Source: an uncultured Gemmatimonadales bacterium
Lineage (GTDB): Bacteria; Gemmatimonadota; Gemmatimonadetes; Gemmatimonadales; GWC2-71-9
Length of the DNA: 64,000 nucleotides
Assembly: GCA_963844035.1 (NCBI GenBank)
Contig: CAWJMT010000035.1
Location: 9,537-73,536, forward strand
Direction of reading: 5' to 3'
In this document: positions 15,910-24,003 of the stretch, piece after piece
How positions within the stretch are numbered: position 1 is the stretch's first letter
How the letters are laid out: each line of letters starts with the position of its first letter
Program-made: the position numbers and the translations under genes
Notes under the pieces: model-generated
The model's database searches: none
What the model was told of the DNA's origin: nothing
What the model saw: the letters and a program-made list of their open reading frames with translations, nothing else

Positions 15910-16594
15910 CAAGGTGAGCGCGACATCGCAGTCCCTGCCGGTGCTCGTTGATGCCCTCGTCAGCGTAACTCCAGGCAGCGCGGCGGCGGAGCAGCCGCAG
16001 CGCGCCATCGAAAGCTTGCTGATGGGTGCCCTAAGGAGCGGTGGACGTTTTGCGGGAGAGGGACTGGTCGACTCCTTGGCCGCGCACGGCTACGTGCTCG
16101 AGCGACTCGACGCGCTACCCAGCATGTGGCGAGTGGTGATACCGCCACCGCGCGTACTTGAGATCTGGTTCACTGGTGGCGACAACCCAGTGGTCGCGGC
16201 CGTGTCGTACAGGATCGGTAAGCCCTGGGGGAGCAAGAAGCAAAGGAGCGCGGCGAAGCTTCAGGCGGCGTTCTACGAGCGGTACGGGCAATTGGCCCTG
16301 CAAGGCGGCGCGAAGTCGCCAGAAGAGCGATTGATACAGCTTGTTGGGGACCTGGAGGCGGACGTCAACAACGGTGGCTTCGATCAGTACCTGCGTAACA
16401 AGGGTGAGGAGCGAAGCCGCGAGGCGCTCGCGTCGCTCTCTGCCATTGGTGCAAAACGCACGGCGCGTTGGTTGGCAGCGGCGCTCGAAGCCGGGGCAGG
16501 GGCGGATGCACTTGCGCGCCTCGACGAGCAGTTCAACGCGAAGCCGGAGGACCTGGCATCGCTGGTAATGACGTACGTCAGGCGGAAGAAGTAG
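15899..16594 (+). CDS. DUF4375 / DMP19-C-like domain protein
   Basis: The C-terminal half has GDLEADVNNGGFDQYLRNKGEE..ALASLSAIGA..A.WLAAAL, the hallmark I associate with DUF4375. The start is uncertain: GTG 15899, GTG 15914 or an internal ATG. Confidence 0.6.
   Translation: MRPNKVSATSQSLPVLVDALVSVTPGSAAAEQPQRAIESLLMGALRSGGRFAGEGLVDSLAAHGYVLERLDALPSMWRVVIPPPRVLEIWFTGGDNPVVAAVSYRIGKPWGSKKQRSAAKLQAAFYERYGQLALQGGAKSPEERLIQLVGDLEADVNNGGFDQYLRNKGEERSREALASLSAIGAKRTARWLAAALEAGAGADALARLDEQFNAKPEDLASLVMTYVRRKK
15904..15913 (+). repeat. attC left-core remnant (GCCTAACAAG)
   Basis: Exact match to the first 10 nt of the 141-bp family. Similarity then decays (GTGAGCGCGAC). Confidence 0.45.
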
Positions 16595-16854
16595 AGAGTG
16601 GAGAGTGACACATCATCATTGAGTCGACTCTGCGATATCATCGCAACGATGATAACCACCCCAACACCCAAGGGAGCACGGCATCCCGCACCAGTAACGG
16701 TGTCGCGTCACCGCGACACCTCCTCCGCCCGCCGATTGCGCGCTCAGAGACGCGGAAGTTAGGTTGGACAAAAGCGACGGCAACCCGCGCCCTGAGGCTC
16801 GATGCGCTCCACCGTTCGGGCTTTTTCCCGGCCCTAGCCGGTCACGGAGGTCCT

Positions 16855-17241
16855 ATGAGTCCTCGCATGAGCATCGCAGTCATCGCCGCAGCCTTCGGCT
16901 TCGCCTGCGCCTCGGCCAAGGTCATGACGCTGGACAAGAACGCGACGCGGCCGGCCACGTCTCCTGATTCTGTGGCCTTGCTGCTCGACGAGCCCGAGCA
17001 GCCCTATGCCGCCATCGCGCTCATCGAAGTCAGCGACCAAGGCTGGCGCCTGAGCCTCGCAACCCTCCGTGACAAGCTCGCCAAGGAAGCTGCCCAGCTT
17101 GGAGGGCAGGGGGTGATCGTGACACGTCAGTCGACTCAATCGGGCGCCGTTCTGCTGCCAGTCGGAGACTCCTGGGTCACGTTCAACACGGAGACAGAGC
17201 GACTCGTCGGCAAGGTGATCGTGTTCACAGATTCTCACTGA
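16855..17241 (+). CDS. Small lipoprotein, hypothetical
   Basis: MSPRMSIAVIAAAFGFAC lipobox. ORF 16855..17241. Confidence 0.6.
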   Translation: MSPRMSIAVIAAAFGFACASAKVMTLDKNATRPATSPDSVALLLDEPEQPYAAIALIEVSDQGWRLSLATLRDKLAKEAAQLGGQGVIVTRQSTQSGAVLLPVGDSWVTFNTETERLVGKVIVFTDSH

Positions 17242-17250
17242 AAACCTTGG

Positions 17251-17266
17251 GCGCGGTCCGTTAGGC
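17251..17266 (+). repeat. attC right-arm remnant (R' core GTTAGGC at 17260-17266)
   Basis: GCGCGGTCCGTTAGGC vs the family GCGCATTCCGTTAGGC (13 of 16). It lies 10 nt after the preceding stop and 18 nt before the next ATG. Confidence 0.5.
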
Positions 17267-17283
17267 CGCGGCTCGGAGGAATC

Positions 17284-17673
17284 ATGAGACCTTCCAATCG
17301 TCTGCTCAGCGTCTTATTCGTGGCATGTTGCTTCGTTGCCCTCGATCTCGAGGCGCAGCGCCTGGCCGTCGCACCGGAGTTCTCGGCTGCGCACCACGAC
17401 CTGGTCGCCGCGAACGCACACATGCGTACCGCCGTCGATACGGTTCGCGAGCGGGTCGGCGACTACCGCGTCGAGGGCACGGTGTTTGGTGCGCTCTTCT
17501 TGGGGGCCCTTGGCACGTGGATGGGAACGGAGGCGTGCAAGTATCAGATGGAGCCCTTGGAACCGGGTGCGGGTGGCAGCTCGCAGTGCAGTGGCCTCAC
17601 CGTCGGACTGGCGGGCGCGGCACTGGGTGGTGGCCTTGGGTACGTACTTGGATGGATCATGCCGAAGTACTGA
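17284..17673 (+). CDS. Small secreted/membrane hypothetical protein with a Gly-zipper-like C-terminus
   Basis: Signal-like MRPSNRLLSVLFVACCFVALDLEA. C-terminal TVGLAGAALGGGLGYVLGWI. Confidence 0.55.
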   Translation: MRPSNRLLSVLFVACCFVALDLEAQRLAVAPEFSAAHHDLVAANAHMRTAVDTVRERVGDYRVEGTVFGALFLGALGTWMGTEACKYQMEPLEPGAGGSSQCSGLTVGLAGAALGGGLGYVLGWIMPKY

Positions 17674-17682
17674 TAGCCCGCG

Positions 17683-17762
17683 GCCTGACGAGCGCGTGAA
17701 CCTAGCGGCGCGCTCGTGGCGCGGTAGAATTGCGGGTGTGCGATCGCTTACATCCGTGAGAT
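17683..17762 (+). repeat. Internally deleted, degenerate attC (~80 bp)
   Basis: GCCTGACGAGCGCGTGAACCTAGCGGCGCG..GGTAGAATTGCGGGTGTGCGA is joined to CGCTTACATCCGTGAGAT. Both cores are mutated (GCCTGAC, GTGAGAT). Confidence 0.6.
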
Positions 17763-17770
17763 TTCGGAGC

Positions 17771-17959
17771 GTGAGGTCCGCCTCCTGGCTTGTCCCCATC
17801 GTGCTGGGGCTCAGCGGCTCCGCGTGCGGTGAGATCAATGGGTTCTGCCTCACAGCGGGCGCACCCACTGGTGTGACCCTGGTGGCGAGGTTCACACCGA
17901 CGCCCGACGGGAACCGCCTCACCTGCAGCTTGGCCCTCCCGGACTCCGTGCGGCCCTAG
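17771..17959 (+). CDS. Possible 62-aa lipoprotein
   Basis: GTG at 17771, 9 nt after the degenerate attC, in the frame of ORF 17336..17959: (M)RSASWLVPIVLGLSGSACGEINGFCL... It is short with no homology evidence. Confidence 0.35.
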   Translation: MRSASWLVPIVLGLSGSACGEINGFCLTAGAPTGVTLVARFTPTPDGNRLTCSLALPDSVRP

Positions 17960-18144
17960 CGCTCCGTCTTCCCACACCGCATTATCAGGCGTCCAGCCAG
18001 CCGGTGTCCCAGGAGGGCCCGATGCACCGTTTGCTGCTTGCTGCGCTTGTCGTCGGTCAGATACCTGATGCTGGGGATTCTGAACGTCCCTACGCCGCCG
18101 CTCTACGGGTTGACGTCAGAAGAAGTCAAAGCCCGGTCTGCCTA

Positions 18145-18921
18145 ATGCGCCTCCCTCGCCGGTTCCTATCGATCCTACCGACTACGCTCGCGTTTGCGTG
18201 TGGAGTTTCGCGTGCTGAATCAGCACGTATGGCACCGCCGACCAACGAGCGGTTCCCTTTGCGGCATTCTGTGAGCTTGGTTAGCCACGCGGAGACCCTC
18301 GCCCTGCGTGCTGCGGCAGATTCGGGCGGAAGAAGGCAAATGGCACTGCGGGTGGAGACGAGCAACGACGGCGTCGTCGGTACTATCGACGTCTTCTCGC
18401 AAGATTCTTTGTATCAGCACATCACCGCCGTTTTCGATCCACACTCCCTCGAACCCAAGCAAGTGAGTGAGACCCGGCCGCACTGGCAGGCAAGTCTCAC
18501 GTACCCGGGTGATCGTGTCCACGGCACCGTCGTGAGGACCAGCGCGACCGGAAGCCCTGACACCATCCGCGTCGAGCGCGAACTTGCGGCGGCCGACTTG
18601 GACCGCAGAGCGCTTCTTCACGTTACTCCGTGGCTGCCGCTGGACGAGAAACATGCGTTCGCATTGCGGATCTACGATGTGGATCTTCTCTACACGTATT
18701 CCGTGCTCGTCAAGACCGGCGGTACGGCTCGCATCGTTGTGCCCGCCGGGACGTTCGACGCATACCGCGTCGAGGTAATTTCCGCGAGAGGCATGGTTAT
18801 TCCCCCCAGTCTGATTCCAACTATCGTCTACGTCAGCGCTGACTCGCTGCGCCGTGTTCTGCGGGTGGAACAACCTGACAGAGGCGTGATCATGGAACTC
18901 ATCGGCTGGGGGATACTATGA
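18145..18921 (+). CDS. Lipoprotein, hypothetical
   Basis: In-frame ATG at 18145 gives MRLPRRFLSILPTTLAFAC (lipobox). Beta-rich composition. Confidence 0.6.
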   Translation: MRLPRRFLSILPTTLAFACGVSRAESARMAPPTNERFPLRHSVSLVSHAETLALRAAADSGGRRQMALRVETSNDGVVGTIDVFSQDSLYQHITAVFDPHSLEPKQVSETRPHWQASLTYPGDRVHGTVVRTSATGSPDTIRVERELAAADLDRRALLHVTPWLPLDEKHAFALRIYDVDLLYTYSVLVKTGGTARIVVPAGTFDAYRVEVISARGMVIPPSLIPTIVYVSADSLRRVLRVEQPDRGVIMELIGWGIL

Positions 18922-19181
18922 AGTCCGTCGTCATCGGTGAGCCGTCCGGTGAAACCAGGGACCAGGTCATGGCGGTCTATCCACGCCACGAGGCACTGGT
19001 CGATCAGTTTATCGCGCGCGGCGACCTCATCGGCATCGGTCCCTTCGAGAACAGCGGCAGCATGGGGATCTTCCGGACGCGGGAAGCCGCCGAGGCGTTC
19101 GTTCGTCAGGACCCCTTTGCGCTCGAGGGGCTCGTCAAATCCTATGCGATCCGAGGGTGGAACGATGCGCTGCTTGCGTAG
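18918..19181 (+). CDS. YciI-like protein
   Basis: 87 aa. ..HEALVDQFIARGDLIGIGPF..GSMGIFRTREAAEAFVRQDPFALEGLV fits the YCII-related domain. There is a 4-nt overlap with the previous gene. Confidence 0.8.
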   Translation: MKSVVIGEPSGETRDQVMAVYPRHEALVDQFIARGDLIGIGPFENSGSMGIFRTREAAEAFVRQDPFALEGLVKSYAIRGWNDALLA

Positions 19182-19719
19182 GGGAGGTGCGGTGAAGATT
19201 GCCGTTGGATGCGGCCTGTTGATCAGCGCCTTGAGCTTCTCGCCCAAGTTGCCAGCCCAGGCATCCGGGGGCGGCGCGCTGAGCGAGGCCGCACTGTACT
19301 CGTTGTATGTGAAACGGCACGACGCGACCATCGCGCTCGCGGATCTCGCGGTGTCACACACGTCGAATGGTGACGTCCGGAAAGCCGCCGAGGCACTGGA
19401 CAGCGCCCATGTTGACGCTCGGGCGAAATTGGTAAGCATCGCCACCGAACGCCACCTGACGCTTGCACTGCCTGAGCATGATACTTCGACCGTTCTCTTG
19501 GAGCTGGCGCGCAGCAGCCTGGACGGCAAGGCCGGTCGCGCGTTCGATTCGACGTGGGTACACCTGGCGTACAACCTGCTTTCGACCCTGATTCTCGACA
19601 ACAATCGCGTGGTGAAGCGTCAGATCGGGCCAGACCTGCAGCCGGTTGCTCAAGAGTATACGACATGGCTGTTTCATCAGTCCGCCGAGCTCGATAAACT
19701 GCGGAAGAAGTTCAAGTAA
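19165..19719 (+). CDS. DUF4142 domain protein (secreted)
   Basis: In-frame ATG at 19165. Signal-like N-terminus. Two ..H..E..L..A.. helical repeats with FDSTWVHLAYN..H are typical of DUF4142. Confidence 0.7.
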   Translation: MRCLRRGGAVKIAVGCGLLISALSFSPKLPAQASGGGALSEAALYSLYVKRHDATIALADLAVSHTSNGDVRKAAEALDSAHVDARAKLVSIATERHLTLALPEHDTSTVLLELARSSLDGKAGRAFDSTWVHLAYNLLSTLILDNNRVVKRQIGPDLQPVAQEYTTWLFHQSAELDKLRKKFK

Positions 19720-19863
19720 ACAACTCCGATGAGACACCTTTCCCAAAAGGAGCGCGCGGGCATGTGATCCTGAGCGCAGATCCTTCGCTGCGCGCGCGTT
19801 CCGCGCGCTCCGCTCAGGATGACCGCCGCTTCTATGAAAAGAGAAGAGACATAGAGAGGAGAT

Positions 19864-19897
19864 GAAGCTGGCGGCGCGGTTGCCGCGAAGTAGAATT
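19864..19897 (+). repeat. Internal attC fragment
   Basis: GAAGCTGGCGGCGCGGTTGCCGCGAAGTAGAATT matches the family segment GAAGCTGGCGGCGCGG..CGAGGTAGAATT. No cores are present. It sits immediately upstream of ATG 19905. Confidence 0.55.
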
Positions 19898-19904
19898 AGA
19901 CCTC

Positions 19905-21137
19905 ATGAAACCGATCCTGCCGTTCATGCTGCTTGTCACCCTCGCCGCCGTACCGGTCCCGGTCCCGCCTCCGCCCCCGCCGAGCGGCGATGTCGTGGGC
20001 GATTGGATCGATCGAGCGGTGGCCGTGGGATATCGCGCCGGCGTTCCCCCCACCTTGAACGGACGCTGCGTTGCGCTCGTGGCGCTGGCCATGTTCGACG
20101 TCCTCAACGCGATCGAGCCGCGCTACACCCCCTATCGCCAGCAGCCGCGGGCCACACCCGGAGCGGCCGGCGACGCGGCGGCTGCTGCGGCCGCGCATTC
20201 CATCCTGGTGCGCGCCTATCCGGCACACACGGCGGCGCTCGACTCGGCGTTCCAGTCCGCCATCGCCGCCGTTCCCGAAGGACCGCGCGCGAACGCCGTG
20301 CGCCTGGGCGAAGACGTCGCGACCCGGTTGTGGAATGAGCGAGCCGGCGACGGCGCGGAATCGCCCAACGTGTGGCGCCCGACCACCACGGCGGGCACGT
20401 ACGTGCCCACGGTTTTGCCGATCGGCTCCGCGTGGGGCGCGGTGAAACCATTCGCGCTGCGAGCGGGGAACCAATTCCGTCCCGGCCCGCCCCCCGCCTT
20501 GACGAGCCAGGAGTGGGCGGCTGACTACGACGAAGTGAAGCGCCTGGGCGCCAAGAACGGCTCCACCCGGACGCCCGAGCAGACCGAGATCGCGCGCTTC
20601 TGGGAGTACGTCGGACCCGGCACCTACCTGCCGGTCGCACGCCAGGTCGTGGAGGCGAAGCAGCTGGCCCCAGTGGAGCGGGCCCGGGTCTACGCCCTGG
20701 TCTGCATCGCCGCCGCGGACGCGCTGATCGCCGTGTTCGACGCCAAGTACACCTACAACTTCTGGCGACCGCTGACCGCGATCAGGAACGGCGACGTGGA
20801 CGGCAACGAGGCGACCGGGCGCGATCCCGCCTGGGAGCCCCTCATTCCCACGCCACTCCATCCCGAATACCCGTGCGCGCACTGCATCTCACAGACGGCC
20901 GTGGCGACGGTCCTGGAGAAACTCTTCGGCGACACCGTGCCCGAGTTCGCGTTGACCAGCCCAACGGCCCCGGGCGTCACGCGCCGGTACCGGCGGCTGT
21001 CGGACTACGCGACCGAAGTGCTCAACGCCCGGATCTACGACGGTGTGCACTATCGCACTTCCGGCAACGTCGGCGCGGCGATGGGCCGGCAGATCGGCGC
21101 GTACGTGGTTGCCAACGTGCTCACCCCCGTCCGGTGA
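19905..21137 (+). CDS. PAP2-superfamily / vanadium-haloperoxidase-like protein, secreted
   Basis: Signal MKPILPFMLLVTLAAVP. KYTYNFWRPLTAIR and TPLHPEYPCAHC..ARIYDGVHYR match the acid-phosphatase/haloperoxidase motif set. Confidence 0.8.
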   Translation: MKPILPFMLLVTLAAVPVPVPPPPPPSGDVVGDWIDRAVAVGYRAGVPPTLNGRCVALVALAMFDVLNAIEPRYTPYRQQPRATPGAAGDAAAAAAAHSILVRAYPAHTAALDSAFQSAIAAVPEGPRANAVRLGEDVATRLWNERAGDGAESPNVWRPTTTAGTYVPTVLPIGSAWGAVKPFALRAGNQFRPGPPPALTSQEWAADYDEVKRLGAKNGSTRTPEQTEIARFWEYVGPGTYLPVARQVVEAKQLAPVERARVYALVCIAAADALIAVFDAKYTYNFWRPLTAIRNGDVDGNEATGRDPAWEPLIPTPLHPEYPCAHCISQTAVATVLEKLFGDTVPEFALTSPTAPGVTRRYRRLSDYATEVLNARIYDGVHYRTSGNVGAAMGRQIGAYVVANVLTPVR

Positions 21138-21231
21138 GTCCCGGCATCACCGACCCAGTCTGGCGCCGCGGCGAGCGACTCGCAACATTGGACGCGCGCC
21201 GCAGTCACAGGCAACCCCATCGGAGGTCGGC

Positions 21232-21621
21232 ATGCCATACTTGTTCCTGGCTGGTCGGATCCTATTTGGTGGAGTCTTGCTGTTCTCAGGGCTGGAACAT
21301 TTTCGCCACGCTCCGGTCTTGACGGTCCATGCAGGGTCCAAGGGCGTTCCCGCGCCCCATACCATGGTCCTCGCGTCCGGTCTCCTCATCATCGTTGGCG
21401 GTCTGAGCATTCTCCTGGGATGCCGTCCCACATGGGGCGTCCTGTGCGTGACGCTGTTCCTCGTGCCGACGTCGTTGGTCATCCATAATTTTTGGGCCGA
21501 CACGAATCTCGCCGTCAAGGAGGCGAATTTCACGGACTTCAAGAAGAACGTCGGCTTGCTCGGCGCGGCCTGGATGTCCCTGGCTATCCCACAGCCGTGG
21601 CCTTTCAGTCTCAATTGGTGA
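21232..21621 (+). CDS. DoxX family membrane protein
   Basis: ATG at 21232 with GGAGG at 21222-21226. LAGRILFGGVLLFSGLEHF and four TM segments. Confidence 0.8.
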   Translation: MPYLFLAGRILFGGVLLFSGLEHFRHAPVLTVHAGSKGVPAPHTMVLASGLLIIVGGLSILLGCRPTWGVLCVTLFLVPTSLVIHNFWADTNLAVKEANFTDFKKNVGLLGAAWMSLAIPQPWPFSLNW

Positions 21622-21642
21622 GTATGACGGGGTGACGTGGCA

Positions 21643-21656
21643 CCCTAACACGCGCG
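21643..21656 (+). repeat. Possible short-family attC left-arm remnant
   Basis: CCCTAACACGCGCG vs GCCTAACACGCGCT (736-749). It lies 22 nt after the DoxX stop. Confidence 0.3.
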
Positions 21657-21683
21657 AGATCCTCAGTCCCGGAGTTCAACCCG

Positions 21684-22349
21684 ATGGCCACGCAACGACG
21701 ATTGATCGACGTCAGCCACACCGTCGAACATGGCATGACGACCTACAAAGGATTCCCGGCGCCGATCATCTGCGATTGGCTGAGCCGGGAAGTATCGCGC
21801 ACGAAATACGCTCCCGGCACGGAGTTTCAAATCGGCAAGATCGAGATGATCGCCAACACCGGGACGTACGTGGACAGTCCGTTTCACCGCTATGAAAACG
21901 GCAAGGATCTCTCGGAGCTGCCGCTCGAGTCGCTCGCCAACCTCGAGTGCCTCGTGGTGCGCGTTGATCCCGCGGCCGGCCCGGCGATCGATCGGGTACC
22001 CCTCACGGCCGCCCAGGTCGGCGGTCGCGCCGTGTTGTTTCACACCGGGTGGGACCGGCATTGGCGCAGCGACGCCTACTTCGAAGGGCACCCCTATCTC
22101 ACCGAGCGCGCGGCGGATTGGCTCGTGAAGGCAGGTGCGGCGCTCGTGGGGATCGACTCGCTGAATATCGACAGCGTCGCCACCGGGGAACGTCCGGTGC
22201 ACACAGTCCTGTTGGGCAGCGAGATCCCGATCGTCGAACACATGCGTGGGTTGGCTGCGCTTCCGAATGAAGGCAGCCGGTTCTTCGCCGTGCCCGTAAA
22301 GGTCAAGGCCTTCGGGACATTTCCGGTGCGAGCGTTCGCGCTGGCCTGA
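21684..22349 (+). CDS. Cyclase-family protein (kynurenine-formamidase-like)
   Basis: LIDVSHTV..GMTTY, GTYVDSPFH and LFHTGWDRHW are signatures of the putative cyclase family. Confidence 0.85.
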   Translation: MATQRRLIDVSHTVEHGMTTYKGFPAPIICDWLSREVSRTKYAPGTEFQIGKIEMIANTGTYVDSPFHRYENGKDLSELPLESLANLECLVVRVDPAAGPAIDRVPLTAAQVGGRAVLFHTGWDRHWRSDAYFEGHPYLTERAADWLVKAGAALVGIDSLNIDSVATGERPVHTVLLGSEIPIVEHMRGLAALPNEGSRFFAVPVKVKAFGTFPVRAFALA

Positions 22350-22381
22350 CGGCGCCGTTCACGCGGAGAGGAGCGACAGGA

Positions 22382-22945
22382 ATGCCAAAAGCAAAAGACA
22401 TGAAGGCAAGACAGCGTGACGAACTACTCGAAACGTTGCAGGCCCGTTTTGACACCAACATGAACCGCCATGAAGGTCTTGAGTGGGCGAAGGTACAGGC
22501 AAGGCTGGAGGCGAGTCCTGACAAGCTCTGGTCGCTCAATGAAATGGAACGGAGCGGCGGTGAGCCGGACGTTGTGGGCCATGACAAGAAGACGGGCGAA
22601 TACGTCTTCTATGATTGTTCGGCGCAAAGTCCCAAGGACCGCAGAAGTGTGTGCTACGACCGGAAGGCGCTCGAGGCACGGAAAGAAAACAAACCGAAGA
22701 ACAGCGCTCTCGACATGGCCGCGAGCATGGGTATTGAGCTGCTAACGGAAGAGCAATATCGCGAGCTGCAGAAGCATGGAAAATTCGACACCACGACATC
22801 GAGCTGGATCGTAACGCCTGCGGATATCAGAAAACTCGGTGGCGCCCTCTTTTGCGACTACCGCTATGACACCGTCTTCGTGTATCACAACGGTGCCGAC
22901 TCCTACTATGCCGCCCGGGGGTTCCGTGGCTCGCTGAGGGTCTAG
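22382..22945 (+). CDS. DUF4256 domain protein
   Basis: NMNRHEGLEWAKVQARLEASPDKLWSLNEMERSGGEPDVVGHDKKTGEYVFYDCS..YHNGADSYYAARGFRGSLRV matches my memory of DUF4256 along its whole length. Confidence 0.85.
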   Translation: MPKAKDMKARQRDELLETLQARFDTNMNRHEGLEWAKVQARLEASPDKLWSLNEMERSGGEPDVVGHDKKTGEYVFYDCSAQSPKDRRSVCYDRKALEARKENKPKNSALDMAASMGIELLTEEQYRELQKHGKFDTTTSSWIVTPADIRKLGGALFCDYRYDTVFVYHNGADSYYAARGFRGSLRV

Positions 22946-22994
22946 CCCCATCCCCCTCCCTCTACTCATCGCTTTCGCCGGCAGCTTTTTCCTG

Positions 22995-23565
22995 GTGGCA
23001 CTGTCCCCGGGCCTGTGCATGACCCTGTCGATGTCGCTGGGCATCAGCATCGGCCCGCGCCGCGCCCTGTGGATGATGGCCGGCGAGCTCGCCGGCATCG
23101 CCCTGGTCGGGGCGTCCGCGGTAGCTCGGCGTGGCTGCCCTCCTCCTCGCAGCGCCGACGGTCTTTGCGGTCTTCAAATGGATTGGCGCGGCGTACCTGC
23201 TCTACATGGGGTGGCAGACCTGGCGCGCCGAGCCGATGCTGCCCGAGCAGGTGGCGGGCGACAACGGGCGCACCCGCTCCTCGCTGATCGTGCAGGGATT
23301 CATCACCGCGGTGTCGAATCCCAAGGCCTGGGCGTTCAATGTCGCGCTGCTGCCGCCGTTCATCGACCAGAGTCGGCCCTTGGCGCCGCAGCTGCTCACC
23401 ATGCTTGCCGTGATGGTGATCATCGAATTCACCTGCCTGCAGGTTTACGCCCACGGCGGAAGAATGCTCAGCGACCAGTTGCACCGCCGCGGTAAGGCAC
23501 GCTGGCTCAACCGCATCGCCGGCAGCCTGATGGTGGGGGTTGGATTCTGGCTGGCGCTGGGGTGA
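22995..23565 (+). pseudogene. LysE/RhtB-family translocator, frameshifted with no canonical start for the first TM segment
   Basis: The N-terminal part (..LLIAFAGSFFLVALSPGLCMTLSMSLG..AGELAGIALVGASAVA) is in the frame of ORF 22995..23495. The rest (AALLLAAPTVFAVFKWIGAAYLLYMGW..NPKAW) is in the frame of ORF 23131..23565, with the shift near 23125-23131. Upstream of 22995 the frame has no ATG/GTG/TTG back to the DUF4256 stop. Confidence 0.7.
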
Positions 23566-23568
23566 AGG

Positions 23569-23973
23569 CTACCCCAGGCTCGGCCGCATTCCCAGCCCGT
23601 GGATGGTCGCGCCCGGCAACCGCCGGCTCTCAGGACGCAACGCCCACGACACCGCCACCACCACCGCGATCGCCAGCGGCGCAGCGGCGTGCCACCACGC
23701 GCCACCGGTCGCGATCGAGGTGTACGCCGCGCCGGTCAGGTCGATCATGATCCCCATGTACGCCCACTCCTTGATCAGTGGAAACCCCGGCACCAGGATC
23801 GCGATCGAGCCCAGCACCTTCCACCAGCCGAGCAGCACGATGAAGTGGACCGGGAACCCCAGCGCGACAACGCCCTGGACCACGTCCGGCACCTTCATGG
23901 CGTACGCCAGCCCGCCCGACCCGATGAAGAACGCGACCAGCACGGTGCACACCCAGTAAACAACCCGCTTCAT
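23569..23973 (-). CDS. DoxX-like family membrane protein
   Basis: 134 aa with four TM segments. ..GFPLIKEWAYMGIMIDLTGAAY is typical of the DoxX_2-like family. Confidence 0.7.
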   Translation of the reverse strand: MKRVVYWVCTVLVAFFIGSGGLAYAMKVPDVVQGVVALGFPVHFIVLLGWWKVLGSIAILVPGFPLIKEWAYMGIMIDLTGAAYTSIATGGAWWHAAAPLAIAVVVAVSWALRPESRRLPGATIHGLGMRPSLG

Positions 23974-24003
23974 GTCACACCTCCACGGTTCATCACGTTC
24001 CTA

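Larger units (their letters stand above)
1..19897 (+). mobile_element. Integron-type gene-cassette array (attC-bounded cassettes). No integrase in the window, so either a CALIN or the distal part of a chromosomal integron
   Basis: A ~141-bp element starts GCCTAAC (RYYYAAC) and ends GTTAGGC (GTTRRRY). It lies directly 3' of single co-oriented ORFs at 1-118, 5163-5304, 5843-5983, 6751-6891 and 10000-10126. A 103-bp variant is at 736-838, and truncated copies or core remnants extend to 19897. Stop codons of two ORFs lie inside the GCCTAAC core (7701-7703, 15907-15909). Confidence 0.75.

Noticed and set aside
12736-16008. Long minus-strand ORFs (12736..14100 and 14752..16008), plus similar ones elsewhere (29142..30638, 32165..33469, 33466..35235, 41345..42637, 42481..44040, 43844..45499, 48420..49868).
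   Set aside because: They are antisense to well-supported genes (YpfJ-like, MltF-like, purA, priA and others). Their Arg/Gly/Pro/Ala-rich, low-complexity composition is typical of open antisense frames in high-GC DNA.
18139-18150. GCCTAATGCGC at the start of the 18145 lipoprotein gene as another R'' core.
   Set aside because: It has a one-base mismatch to RYYYAAC (T instead of C). It overlaps a start codon rather than following a stop. There is no flanking family similarity, so it is probably chance.
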